NCBI GenBank assembly: GCA_964459495.1 | Contig: CAYWNK010000022.1 | Span: 14,341-39,684, forward strand | Direction of reading: 5' to 3' | Origin: an uncultured Planctomycetaceae bacterium | GTDB lineage: Bacteria > Planctomycetota > UBA1135 > GCA-002686595 | DNA length: 25,344 nt | Shown: piece after piece, positions 7,277-15,230 of the stretch | Numbering within the stretch: position 1 is the stretch's first letter | Layout of the letters: each line of letters opens with the position of its first letter | Made by a program: the position numbers and the translations under genes | The notes under the pieces: model-generated | Databases searched by the model: none | Told to the model about the DNA's origin: nothing | The model's input: the letters and a program-made list of their open reading frames with translations, nothing else

Positions 7277-8914
7277 TCAGGGCAAGAATTCCCAGGCGTG
7301 CGGCCCGGTTTCCAGCTCCGTGATCGTGAGCTCCTGCAAGAGCGAGTCGTACGACCAGCCCGTGGCCTGCGGAACGCCATCGCGGGTCACCGCCAGGGGG
7401 AAGCTGGTGATCCCCCCGAGCACGACCGTGTCACCGACATCTTGGGCATCGAGCTTGACGGTCAGGGGCAAGGAGACGGTGGAGCCGTTGTTCCAAAGCT
7501 TGAGGTTGGTCTTCAGCTGGTCCAGCGATTCAGTCTCTCGGAATTCCACCACGTTGTTCGCCAGGTCGAACGAATAGGTGAATTCAGCAATGGTCTTCGC
7601 TGGGATCCCCGAAACATCGATGCGCACCCAGCGCCTGTCCCGGTCGGCCAGAATGGTGGCCTCATTGGGGATGACAAGCTGCTGCTGGTCGAACCAGTCA
7701 CAGATGGCGGTGTAGTCCAGCGTGTTCCACTCGTGCGTCGAACTGACGATCGGAAACGACTCAAAGTTCGTGGCGCCGATGCTCTGGAGATAGGCCTCAT
7801 GCTGCAGCGTTTGGTCGACCAGGTACTGCAGCGGATCCGAGGTAGCCCACCAGAGCTGCGTGGGCGTCGAGCTAAGGTTGATCGCTTGGTGCTTTCCCCC
7901 CACGACAAACTGGCCCGTCACCTCGTCCAATTCGAGAACGGAAGCGGTCCGGTATGCGAAGGGGCGGTCGCTCGGAACACCGTCGAAGATGCCCTCCATG
8001 ACGGTCTTCGCGGCAGGCTCAAGGCGCCAGGTGTCCGCCTGATCGATGCTGCCGGTGTGATTGACCAAGGCGGCGAACATCCCGTCCTTGGGAGCCATGT
8101 GGCGCGCCGCGTAGGACATCACCTGGGCCCCGCCCATGGAGAAGCCAACGCCGTAGATGCGAGTCTTGTCGATCGGATAATTGTCGAGCACGAATTCCAT
8201 GCCGACCGCCGTGAACTCCTGCGAAGCAGCGGAACCGTAGTTGATGTCCGCAGGGCCATCGGGGTTCCGCGAAAGCGGAGCGAGCAGGTACCAACCGCGC
8301 GCGAGAGCCTCCTCGAAGAACTCGGTGAAGACCAGCGCATCAAAGTGCGTGACTCCGAATCGGTGACAGACCACAAGCAGGGGACGCTCGCCCGCGGACA
8401 GGGGCAGCCCCGAGTGCTGGAAGAGGGCGAACTCGTCGATGCTGTAGCCGGGAACGGGAAGCCGGATCTGTGTCCAGCCGGGTCCGGGGAGCACCCCATC
8501 GTCCCCCACGGCCATCGGGGGGGTCACCATGCCGTTGACCGACACGGTCAGCCCGCTTGCGAAGCCGCCGAGCAACCCGCCACCGAGGCCGGGGATGCCC
8601 TGGGTTCCCGACCCGAAAGCGGATGGCCCCATGCCGAGGGCCTGGGAGATCGGGATCTGAGTTTGTTCCTTCGAAGGCCGAACGCCAGTCGCCTGACTGC
8701 GCGTATCCCGCTCGGGCGATGCTGCCTCCGAGGGATCACCTGAACCCCGTTCGTCCCCACCGGGCTGCTCGGCAACCTGCCCACGTCGCCCATCCTGGAG
8801 AACCGATGCCACCTGCGCGCCCTGGGGGACGAACTCGAGCACCGGCCCTGGATTCAGGGCCGACGAGGCGAAAATCAGGGCTGTGGGTAGAAACATGGAA
8901 GGATTGGGGCGCAA
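7277..8914 (-). CDS. Secreted alpha/beta-hydrolase, tandem paralog of 5835-7199, with extra ~120-aa Gly/Ser/Pro-rich N-terminal linker
   Basis: Signal peptide MFLPTALIFASSALNPG. RPLLVVCHRFGV, YPIDKTRIYGVGFSMGGAQV and C-terminal RDGVPQATGWSYDSLLQELTI are colinear with the downstream gene along the whole catalytic and C-terminal domains. Confidence 0.7.
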   Translation of the reverse strand: MRPNPSMFLPTALIFASSALNPGPVLEFVPQGAQVASVLQDGRRGQVAEQPGGDERGSGDPSEAASPERDTRSQATGVRPSKEQTQIPISQALGMGPSAFGSGTQGIPGLGGGLLGGFASGLTVSVNGMVTPPMAVGDDGVLPGPGWTQIRLPVPGYSIDEFALFQHSGLPLSAGERPLLVVCHRFGVTHFDALVFTEFFEEALARGWYLLAPLSRNPDGPADINYGSAASQEFTAVGMEFVLDNYPIDKTRIYGVGFSMGGAQVMSYAARHMAPKDGMFAALVNHTGSIDQADTWRLEPAAKTVMEGIFDGVPSDRPFAYRTASVLELDEVTGQFVVGGKHQAINLSSTPTQLWWATSDPLQYLVDQTLQHEAYLQSIGATNFESFPIVSSTHEWNTLDYTAICDWFDQQQLVIPNEATILADRDRRWVRIDVSGIPAKTIAEFTYSFDLANNVVEFRETESLDQLKTNLKLWNNGSTVSLPLTVKLDAQDVGDTVVLGGITSFPLAVTRDGVPQATGWSYDSLLQELTITELETGPHAWEFLP

Positions 8915-9250
8915 GCTGCGGTGCAGACGGAGACCTCCCCACTAGGGGAATGCATGGGCTACGCCCACGCTATAAGATGCCTGCCTCAGGGAATCGTGAC
9001 CAAGTCTTCAGTGAATTCTGGTTCGCGATGGGGCAGGGCAAACCCGAGTCGTCGCGGCGGCCTCTTCCATAGGACCCTAAGACGCCCCCTTGCACCCCCG
9101 CTGGGTATCGAATCGGGAAGTCCCCATTCCCGGATTTTGCGTGCCCAGGGTCGATGGCAGGCAGTTCGCGATTCGGGTGCTCCAAGGCACCCTGCGCCCG
9201 TTCTGCCCAATCGCCTCCATCGCCATTTGGGACAGGCTTAGCCCGATTTG

Positions 9251-11743
9251 CTAGCGGCGCTTCTTGCGGGCCTGGAGAGCCACGTCGAACAGGCGCTGGG
9301 TTCCGTGCACTCGAACCTCCTTGGTGTAGGGCTGGTAGCCATCGGAGCGCACCTGGAGCGCCCATCGATAGCGCGGGACGGCTCGCAGGCGAAACGCCTT
9401 GCCCTCCTTCACATATTCCGCCAGTAGCTTCTGGGACCCAAACGGCCGGCCTCCGCGCTCCACCGGTAGACGCTCAAACCAGACCTTCGACTGGCTGCGC
9501 GGCTGGCCGGCTGAGCCGACGACTCGAACGACCACATCCGTGACACCACGCAGTTCCACCGAGCCCAGATCCAGGTGAGCGCCGGGTCGCAGGTCGATCG
9601 TTGGAAACGGGAAGGGCTCCACCTTCTCCCCCGTGGCTACCAGCTTGAGTCGCCCAGGCATCATCCCGCGAATGTGAAAGCGAGTCCCCACCTTCTCCAC
9701 CGTCCCGCGCCGGGTCTGGTTGAAGCGCAAGCCCGGGATCGGATCGCCGGACACCGCCCGGCGCAGCTCACCGGTCACGCTTGCCAGGGCAGGTGTCGGC
9801 ACAGGCTGAAGGGTAAGCCGCAGCTCGGGCGCCCCAGGCAGCAGCACCCGCTGCAGGTCATCGCTCGGGTGCTCCCAGCCAGGCGCCGACGCGGTCACGT
9901 TCCATGTCCCCTCTTCGAGTCCATCGAGCACGAAGCGGCCAAACTCATCCACCGACGTCGACCTGCGCCGCTTCCCCTCGCTGTCCTCCAGGCGCGCCGC
10001 TGCGCGCGCACCGGGAACAGCGTAGCCGGCAGCGTCGAGCACCACGCCGCGCACGGCGAATGCTGGCGCCAGCTCGAATTCCAGCTCCGCGAGCCCCTCG
10101 ACCACGTCGATGCGCAGTCGCTCGCGCTGGTAGTCGTCGTGCTGGGTCACCAGGCTCGCCGCCCCCTCGGGCACGCCGGCCAGCCGGAAGCGCCCGTCGA
10201 CATTGGTCGAGACCCCTTCGAGCTCCGCCCAGCTGCGGCCGATCCGCACCCGCGGCTCGATCTCCACCCCGGCGAGCGCCTGGCCTTCGGTGTCCCGCAC
10301 GATGCCGGTCACCGGCCAGCCCCTGCGCAACACCAGCTCCAGGTCCGTGGTCTCCGAATCCGGGGCCAGGGACAGAGTCTCAAGGGCCGGCACTTCCGTC
10401 CCCTGGACCATCCACCCCCCATCGGGACCGGGGGCATAGGCGCCCACCATGAACTGCTGCCGGCCGGGAACCAGACCGAGGTCAAAGCGGCCGCTCGCGT
10501 CCGCTACCGTGCTGTGCATCCGGTCATCGTCCAGATCGAGCTGGCTCGGGCGCCCCAGGGGAAGCTGCCCCGCTTCATCCACCAAGCAGCGCACAACCCA
10601 GGCCCCGGGCACCGCTTCACCGGCGCTGTCGACCACCCTACCGGCGAGCTTGGCCGGCGCCGCGATGATGAACCGGAACGGCTTTGGTTCCTTGCCAGCG
10701 ATCGCCTGGGTCTCCCCGCGCTGGCGATGCCCCCATGGTGTCCGGAGCCAAAGATCCACCTGGCCAGTGGGGACTCCCACCAGATGAAAGGTGCCGTCCG
10801 ACTGGGTTGGCGAGCCAAACGAGGCGCGCTTCTCCATGTCGTTGCCCAGACCCTGGACCTCGGGCTGAGCGCGCACGATGGCACCTTCGACCGGCCGCCG
10901 CGAACCGCCCAACTGCACCACTCCGCGCACCTCAGCACTGGGCGGGAGCTCCAGGTCGGCGTGGGTGATCCTCCCCGCGTCGATCAGAATCCCAGCTTGG
11001 ACAACGACGGGCACGCCGGGTTCGACCAGCCCGAGCGCGTAGGTGCCAGGGGCCACATCGAGCATGGAATAGCGGCCCGTGGGCTCGATCTCAGCCGAAT
11101 GCAACGGCTCCTCGCTGCGCTTGCCGCGCACCTCCGTCCACAGGTGGACGCTCGCGTTCTTGGGCAGAGGCCCCGCCACCGCAATCACCCGCCCGACGAG
11201 TGAACCGGAAGGCTCCAGCGAGACCTCCACGGATTCGCTCAGGTCCTCGAGCGGCCTGCGGGCATCGACGAAACCTGGGTGCTCGACGAGCAGCCCTGGG
11301 GAAGCACGGTCCCAGGCGAGCGCGAAGCTCCCGTCTCCGGCAGTGCGCGTGCTCACCTCTCCAAACCCATCGCGCAGTAGGACCCGAGCGTCCTCCACGG
11401 GCCGGCCGAAGGGCTGGCCCAGAACCCGGCCCGTAACCTCCACCGTGGTCGCGATCAGCTCGGGATTGGCCCTCTCCGGGCCAGCCTCCATGCGCCTGAC
11501 GGCCGTAGGCGAAATGGGCATGGGCCCGTCGGGTGTCGAAGCCTCACCTGCGACGGAGCGTGCCGCAACGGGCGCCGCATCTGGCTCCAGACCGCTGGGA
11601 AGCCCCTCAGTGGACTCTCCACCCCCGCCCCAGCGCAGGGCCGCGACCAGGCAAATGAGCCCGACCAGCGCTGCGGGAAGGAGAAGCCTGCGAGGGTGCC
11701 CATGCATGCTGACCATGTTCGGCTGCGGGGCAGGGCGCCACAA
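9251..11743 (-). CDS. Large secreted protein built from ~8 carboxypeptidase-regulatory-like (CarboxypepD_reg / Cna-B-like beta-sandwich) repeats
   Basis: Repeated G(R/V)V.D..G.(A/P)(V/L)(A/P)GA.V pattern (GRVLGQPFGRPVEDARV, GRVIAVAG, GRVVDSAGEAVPGAWV, GIVRDTEGQALAGVEI, GVVLDAAGYAVPGARA, etc.). N-terminal hydrophobic signal (RRLLLPAALVGLICLVAAL), so the true start may be the internal Met at ~11707. Uniform high GC3 over 2.5 kb. Confidence 0.6.
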   Translation of the reverse strand: MWRPAPQPNMVSMHGHPRRLLLPAALVGLICLVAALRWGGGGESTEGLPSGLEPDAAPVAARSVAGEASTPDGPMPISPTAVRRMEAGPERANPELIATTVEVTGRVLGQPFGRPVEDARVLLRDGFGEVSTRTAGDGSFALAWDRASPGLLVEHPGFVDARRPLEDLSESVEVSLEPSGSLVGRVIAVAGPLPKNASVHLWTEVRGKRSEEPLHSAEIEPTGRYSMLDVAPGTYALGLVEPGVPVVVQAGILIDAGRITHADLELPPSAEVRGVVQLGGSRRPVEGAIVRAQPEVQGLGNDMEKRASFGSPTQSDGTFHLVGVPTGQVDLWLRTPWGHRQRGETQAIAGKEPKPFRFIIAAPAKLAGRVVDSAGEAVPGAWVVRCLVDEAGQLPLGRPSQLDLDDDRMHSTVADASGRFDLGLVPGRQQFMVGAYAPGPDGGWMVQGTEVPALETLSLAPDSETTDLELVLRRGWPVTGIVRDTEGQALAGVEIEPRVRIGRSWAELEGVSTNVDGRFRLAGVPEGAASLVTQHDDYQRERLRIDVVEGLAELEFELAPAFAVRGVVLDAAGYAVPGARAAARLEDSEGKRRRSTSVDEFGRFVLDGLEEGTWNVTASAPGWEHPSDDLQRVLLPGAPELRLTLQPVPTPALASVTGELRRAVSGDPIPGLRFNQTRRGTVEKVGTRFHIRGMMPGRLKLVATGEKVEPFPFPTIDLRPGAHLDLGSVELRGVTDVVVRVVGSAGQPRSQSKVWFERLPVERGGRPFGSQKLLAEYVKEGKAFRLRAVPRYRWALQVRSDGYQPYTKEVRVHGTQRLFDVALQARKKRR

Positions 11744-11791
11744 GGCCGCAGCGGGTAAGGGCCTCGGATCGGGACAGGCGCACTGCCCCAG

Positions 11792-12667
11792 CTAGCTGAC
11801 CAGCTCGGGGAACGCGCCGTAACAGGCCCCCTCTGGTGTGAATACCTGGACTCGCTCGCCGTCTCGGTCCAAGCAAAAGATCCGGCTGGTGCCCCCGTCC
11901 TGCAGCTCGCTTTCCCCGACCACCGCTAGGGCGCAGGGATGGGCGACCTGCCCCGTGTCGTTCCCGGGCCCGGCCAGGAGGCGCTCCTCCCCGCCGTCTT
12001 GGCGCAGGAGTAGCAGTCCGCCGTGCTCCCCCTCCAGGGCCACCACCAGACGCCCGTCCTCCAGGGTGGCGATGGCACTGGGGCGCGAGTCCCCCCGCAT
12101 GAAGGGGCCGAGGTCCAGGTTGTAGTGGTGCTCGAGACCTCGATAGACCTGCACGCGCGCGCGACCGGCCTCGAGCGCATAAATCTGCGGACCGCAGCGG
12201 GCAAGTCCAGCCAAGCGCTGAAAGCGACCGCGCGGATCCCCATCAGGACGCAGCGAGACCGAGCTGCCCTGGCCCGGCCGCAGCCGATGCAGGGCGTGGC
12301 GCCGCGCCCCGGCCGAAGCAACCCACAGCTCGAGCTCCTCGTCCGCGCCTCCGGCGAGCACGCCCACCGGCGTGCCGATGCGGCCAGCCTGGTCGGGATC
12401 CTGGTCGCCGTCTTCCCCGACAGCGGCCACCTGCTGGCCGAATAGAGTGAACGCCCGCAACTGGCCTGCCGGGGCATCGGCGACCCAAAGCCGGTGGTCT
12501 CCATCCATCGCCAGACCGCGCACGGCCGAGCGCCCCGCGACCTCATCGAGAAATCGGAAGCCGCTGCGCAGTGGCCGACCGTCGAGGTCGTAGGCGGCCA
12601 CCCAGGCGTCGCGCCGGTGGCGTCCGACGTAGAGGACGCCGGCACGATGGCAGAGGTTGCCGTGCAT
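11792..12667 (-). CDS. NHL-repeat beta-propeller protein
   Basis: Long ORF 11792-13186 is trimmed to ATG 12667, because the upstream part is an out-of-frame shadow of the phosphoesterase gene. Repeated LWVAD / RVQVFTPEG / QLRAFTLFG / VQVYRG NHL-like blades. Start lies 10 nt after the upstream TAA. Confidence 0.5.
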   Translation of the reverse strand: MHGNLCHRAGVLYVGRHRRDAWVAAYDLDGRPLRSGFRFLDEVAGRSAVRGLAMDGDHRLWVADAPAGQLRAFTLFGQQVAAVGEDGDQDPDQAGRIGTPVGVLAGGADEELELWVASAGARRHALHRLRPGQGSSVSLRPDGDPRGRFQRLAGLARCGPQIYALEAGRARVQVYRGLEHHYNLDLGPFMRGDSRPSAIATLEDGRLVVALEGEHGGLLLLRQDGGEERLLAGPGNDTGQVAHPCALAVVGESELQDGGTSRIFCLDRDGERVQVFTPEGACYGAFPELVS

Positions 12668-12677
12668 GGGGCGTAGC

Positions 12678-13514
12678 TTAGCCTGGTCCCTTTTGGGCAG
12701 ACCAAAGCTGAACGAGCACGACCTCGGCCGGCACGCGCCAGCGCAACGGGACCCCCACCACCCCGAGGCCGCGGCTGACCAACAGCGTGGTCGGCCCCAG
12801 CTCGACGCGCAAGCCTGGGTGATCGGGTCCGAGACCGCGCAACCAGGGCAGGTCGATCTGCGTTCCGTGGGTGTGGCCGGAGAGCAGCAATGGGCAGCCT
12901 GGCCTGGCGAGGGCGCGCGCCCCGCGAGGGTTGTGGCACAGCATGACCTCCACGTCGCCGGCACGCAGCTCCGCACGGGCCGCCGCGACGTCCACCGTCC
13001 GGCCCTCCTCAAGATCCTCCAGCCCGGTGCAGACCAGCGGCAAAGACCGGCCATCGCGCTCCGGCCGAACGCCCGCGTTGCGTAGGAACCGGATGCCGTG
13101 CTCCAGGTAGGCGGCCGCGATCTCCCCCTCGCGCCGGTGCCGGTAGTCGTGGTTGCCGAAGACGGCAAACAGCCCTGAGCGTGCACGCAGGTGACCGAGG
13201 TCGGCGGCCACCTCCAGCGCCTGCTCGGGTTCGTGAGCGCAAAAATCCCCCGTCAGTGCCACCAGGTCCGGCCCCCACTGGTTGACCTCCTCCACCGCGT
13301 ATTTAAGGTCCCCGGCGCCAAGAAAGGGGCCGGCATGCACGTCCGAGAGGTGGGCGATGCGCAGGCCATCGAGGACTGGGGGCAGCCCCGGCACCTCCAC
13401 ATGCTCCTCCCGCAGCCGCAACCCACGGGGGCCCAGCCAGCGCCGGGCGTACAGCCAGCGCCCGCCCAGCCCGCGGGCCAGACCCTCGGCTGCTGCAAAG
13501 ACGGTTCGGCGCAT
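12678..13514 (-). CDS. Calcineurin-like metallophosphoesterase
   Basis: Motifs LRIAHLSDVHAG, LTGDFCAHEPE, VFGNHDY, LLSGHTHGTQ (the metallophosphatase GDxHG / GDxxD / GNHD/E / GHxH set). ORF extends to 13796, but the coding-like part begins at Met 13514 (MRRTVFAAAEGL). Confidence 0.7.
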   Translation of the reverse strand: MRRTVFAAAEGLARGLGGRWLYARRWLGPRGLRLREEHVEVPGLPPVLDGLRIAHLSDVHAGPFLGAGDLKYAVEEVNQWGPDLVALTGDFCAHEPEQALEVAADLGHLRARSGLFAVFGNHDYRHRREGEIAAAYLEHGIRFLRNAGVRPERDGRSLPLVCTGLEDLEEGRTVDVAAARAELRAGDVEVMLCHNPRGARALARPGCPLLLSGHTHGTQIDLPWLRGLGPDHPGLRVELGPTTLLVSRGLGVVGVPLRWRVPAEVVLVQLWSAQKGPG

Positions 13515-13641
13515 TCGTCGATGCCGCCGAGGTGCTACGCGGGGGTCGCTCAAGGGAGAGGATGGTAGGCCTCGGCGCCTGGATTGATGTGAGACATCGG
13601 GGGCATTTCCCCGTCCTCCCGGCCGGATCGGCAACAAACAA

Positions 13642-13685
13642 GCGAATAGATATTCACAGAACGGCGATCCTGCCGAATAATTCAG
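13642..13685. promoter_or_regulatory. Two ARG-box-like palindromes (cGAATAGATATTCAc at 13642-13656; GAATAATTCA at 13674-13683) overlapping a sigma70-like promoter (-35 TTCACA 13652-13657, 17-bp spacer, -10 AATAAT 13675-13680) immediately upstream of argR; also in the divergent promoter region of the minus-strand operon
   Basis: Box 1 matches the E. coli ARG-box core TGAAT-wwww-ATTCA. Box 2 has shorter spacing. The pair forms an AT-rich island in GC-rich DNA. argR ATG at 13689 lies ~8 nt from the -10, so the mRNA would be leaderless or near-leaderless. Confidence 0.45.
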
Positions 13686-13688
13686 TCC

Positions 13689-14126
13689 ATGTCCGGAACC
13701 ACGTCCTCCGAGGATCGCCGCGCGCTGATCCGCAACCTGCTCGCCGACCACAAGGTCGGCAGTCAGGAGGAGCTCTTGGTCACCCTGGCCCAGCACGGGG
13801 TGCGCACAACCCAGCCGGTGCTCTCCCGGGATCTCCGCATGCTGGCCGCGGTGAAACGCGGTGGCGTCTACCAGATCCTTGAGGACGAGCGCATTACGCC
13901 CCTCGAGAACCTCGCGATCCTGCTTAGGGGCAGCATCGTGGCGGGCCCCAACCTAGCCGTCGTTCAATGCGAGCCCGGTGCTGCCAGCGCCATTGCCCGC
14001 GCCCTGGACGCCGAGGAGCTCAAGGGCACCCTCGGCACCATCGCCGGAGACGACACCGTCTTCATCGCCGTCCGCGACCTCGCGTCCGGCGAAGCCCTGG
14101 TCGCGCGCGTGCGCGAGCTGCTCTAG
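13689..14126 (+). CDS. argR: Arginine repressor ArgR
   Basis: N-terminal wHTH (SQEELLVTLAQHGVRTTQPVLSRDLRML) and C-terminal oligomerisation/arginine-binding signature GTIAGDDTVFIAV (E. coli GTIAGDDTIF). Confidence 0.85.
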   Translation: MSGTTSSEDRRALIRNLLADHKVGSQEELLVTLAQHGVRTTQPVLSRDLRMLAAVKRGGVYQILEDERITPLENLAILLRGSIVAGPNLAVVQCEPGAASAIARALDAEELKGTLGTIAGDDTVFIAVRDLASGEALVARVRELL

Positions 14127-14178
14127 CCCCCCCAACGAGGAAGACTCCAGACAAGCCAGAGCTAACAAGAAACAAGGC

Positions 14179-14200
14179 CGCCGTCCCCGGACGGACGGCG
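14179..14200 (+). terminator. 8-bp GC hairpin (CGCCGTCC-CCGGAC-GGACGGCG) 53 nt after the argR stop; possible U-tract-less terminator
   Basis: Perfect inverted repeat seen directly. No T-run follows. Confidence 0.3.
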
Positions 14201-14415
14201 AAGCGGATGGGTCGCGCAGGGAAGAGGAGAGATCGCGCCCATTGTCCAGCACCTCCGGAGCCACGGCTCCACGAAGCTCCCGAGCCAGGAGCTTCGCGGC
14301 AGCCACCGGAGAGCAGACTTCGACCATTCGCATCGTCGTCGACTCAGGGAACGGCGGCTTTTTCTTGCCTGCCCTGTGGTCTGCGCTGGGGCCTGCTCGA
14401 GTCAGCAGGCGCCGG

Positions 14416-15180
14416 TCAGGGAAGGCGAAGCACTTCGCCGGGGCCCATCCTGCGGCTCCCCTCCGAAGACAGGACCAGGGCGTCACCCTCCAGCGATCGC
14501 AACACCACCGATTCCTCTTCGATCTCGATCTGGGCGCTGGCTTCCTCCAGCTCGAGCAATCCCCCCGCGAACAGCACGCGAGCCGAGCCCTCCGCCACCA
14601 GGCTGCCCCGGTCGATGCGCACACGCAGTGGATGGGAACCCTGGTAGGAAACGACGGTGTCGGAACCCAGCTCGGCGCGTCCTTTCGAGGTGCGGATGGT
14701 GGCCTCGCCCGTGGATCCGGTCCAGCAGGCGCGCCCGGGGACTAGCTCGCCCGGAGCCTCACCCGGCACGATGCGAAAACCGTCGATCGAGACCTCGCCC
14801 GCCTGGGCCGTCAGTCGGGGCTTGCCGGGCATGTTGCGGTGGCTCACCCCCATCAACAGGACCACCGCCAGCGACGGCCAGAGCAGGGAACGCAGGCCGG
14901 AGCGCCTGCGCTGTCGATCGGCATCCCCGTTCTGCTTCGCGGCTGCGCGGCGCGCAGCGAGCTGTCGTTCGACCTCGAGGCGCTCCTCGCGGTGCGCCGC
15001 CCCCATGGCCGCCAGCGCGCCGGCGGAGGCAGCGTAGCCCTCCCGGCAAACCTCGCAGTCGGCCAAGTGCTGACGTACCCGAGCAATGCGCGGCGCGTCC
15101 AAAGCGCCCGAGAGGTGCCGTGGCAGCAGCTCCGAGCAGCTCTCGCAATCCAGGGGCGGCAGTTGGGAAGGGGTGAACAT
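14416..15180 (-). CDS. Putative anti-sigma factor (zf-HC2 zinc finger, single TM, C-terminal FecR-like periplasmic domain)
   Basis: C-x2-C-x19-H-x3-C-x2-C (DCESCSELLPRHLSGALDAPRIARVRQHLADCEVC), then Arg-rich segment, a hydrophobic helix (LLWPSLAVVLLMGV) and a ~120-aa C-terminal domain. Starts 50 nt after the gltX stop on the same strand. Confidence 0.5.
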   Translation of the reverse strand: MFTPSQLPPLDCESCSELLPRHLSGALDAPRIARVRQHLADCEVCREGYAASAGALAAMGAAHREERLEVERQLAARRAAAKQNGDADRQRRRSGLRSLLWPSLAVVLLMGVSHRNMPGKPRLTAQAGEVSIDGFRIVPGEAPGELVPGRACWTGSTGEATIRTSKGRAELGSDTVVSYQGSHPLRVRIDRGSLVAEGSARVLFAGGLLELEEASAQIEIEEESVVLRSLEGDALVLSSEGSRRMGPGEVLRLP

Positions 15181-15230
15181 GGGGGGGTCCCCCTCTCCAT
15201 CGGCCGACCCAGCTCCCAGCTTGAGAACCC

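Noticed and set aside
7298-8743. 481-aa plus-strand ORF, plus the 6615-7577 and 5856-6572 ORFs
   Set aside because: Antisense to the two hydrolase genes, which have clear family motifs and signal peptides on the minus strand.
8915-9250. GAATTC-containing segment (TGAATTCT) that looked like an ARG half-site pair upstream of hydrolase 2
   Set aside because: The half-sites abut with no spacer and do not fit the 18-bp ARG-box geometry. Kept only as promoter-region sequence.
9575-11203. 542-aa plus-strand ORF
   Set aside because: Antisense shadow of the CarboxypepD_reg gene. Arg/Pro/His-rich junk composition typical of the wrong strand in high-GC DNA.
11792-13186. 464-aa minus-strand ORF as a single gene
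   Set aside because: Residues 1-173 are an out-of-frame overlap with the metallophosphoesterase gene. Coding signal and NHL repeats start at the internal ATG 12667, so I split it into two genes.
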